A stretch of DNA of 64,000 nucleotides, taken from contig CM120646.1 in the NCBI GenBank assembly GCA_051362555.1, forward strand, positions 5,332,001-5,396,000. The letters are read 5' to 3'. A model generated the notes under the pieces. It worked only from the letters and a program-made list of their open reading frames with translations, was not told the DNA's origin and did no database searches. The stretch comes from Lingula anatina (lineage: Eukaryota > Animalia > Brachiopoda). The position numbers and the translations under genes are program-made. Positions 63,466 through 64,000 of this stretch are shown one piece after another; position 1 is the stretch's first letter; every line of letters begins with the position of its first letter.

Positions 63466-64000
63466 TCGGTCTCCAAGTGACGTTGTTTAACTGGTCTAGA
63501 GTGCTAGAAACTAACACCCCACCACCCCAAGTGCTGTGGTTGTGGTACTAAGAGGCCATCGTACAGGTAAGCATCTGTTTTCAGCTGTTTATATGGTCGA
63601 GTTCGTTAGGCGTTTTCGTGATCCATATGCCTTCCTATATTTTTCTTATGCTCTAGTCGCTTTCTTTTTGTAGAATATTGGCACTCTCCTTTACCATGTG
63701 GTTTTCTTAAGTTAATATAGAATATATAGAAAATAGATATAGATATAGAAAAAAATAAAGTAGAAAAAACAAATTAGAAAAAAATAACCAAAGCCTTATG
63801 AAACGCCAAAATACTTATTAGTTTTAACATTAGTTTTAACAGTGTGTAAATACCAGTGTCATATCCTTTGTTGCAATTACTGCAAGCTTTCCATTGCTTT
63901 TCATACTTGAGTGAACATGTTGCATTTCATTTGTAGGCTACGAAAGGGCAGTTTTCCAACATTAATGCCCGAAAGCAGATACCAACAATCCTAGCCCAAA

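Larger units (their letters stand above)
51803..64000 (+). ncRNA. Putative multi-exon lncRNA built from tandemly amplified exon-intron cassettes; 3' end probably beyond the window
   Basis: Promoter plus 25 GTAAGC donors in the array (52462, 53066, 53398, 53857, 54318, 54628 ... 62135, 62541), each followed by a (T/C)TACAG acceptor. Unique-sequence donors follow at 63191 and 63567, with an exon at 63452-63566. No frame is preserved across exons. Confidence 0.6.

Overview
AT-rich, intron-containing animal genomic DNA; the gene and repeat content looks lophotrochozoan, probably molluscan (inference). The window holds three protein-coding genes. (1) A complete 9-exon BMP type II receptor gene (BMPR2/wit-like, + strand, 8..24004, 1138 aa by my exon joining). 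(2) A convergent uncharacterised 3-exon gene (- strand, 32641..28981, about 647 aa). (3) A 6-exon translin gene (- strand, 49415..46412, 236 aa). Mobile DNA includes two HINE/Helentron-type non-autonomous elements with internal tandem arrays, several MITEs and two decayed minimal hammerhead-ribozyme-like motifs. The most unusual region is 51.7-64 kb, divergent from translin. A textbook CCAAT/E-box/TATA/Inr promoter and a 56-codon ORF are followed by about 11 kb of tandemly amplified exon-intron cassettes. These carry about 25 near-consensus AG|GTAAGC donors, each followed by a CAG acceptor, and exons filled with roughly 75 copies of a CpG-rich 52-nt unit that contains a CTCF-like motif. This reads as a spliced macrosatellite lncRNA-like transcription unit that runs off the window end. 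Coordinates were counted by eye and may be off by a few bases; no database searches were run.
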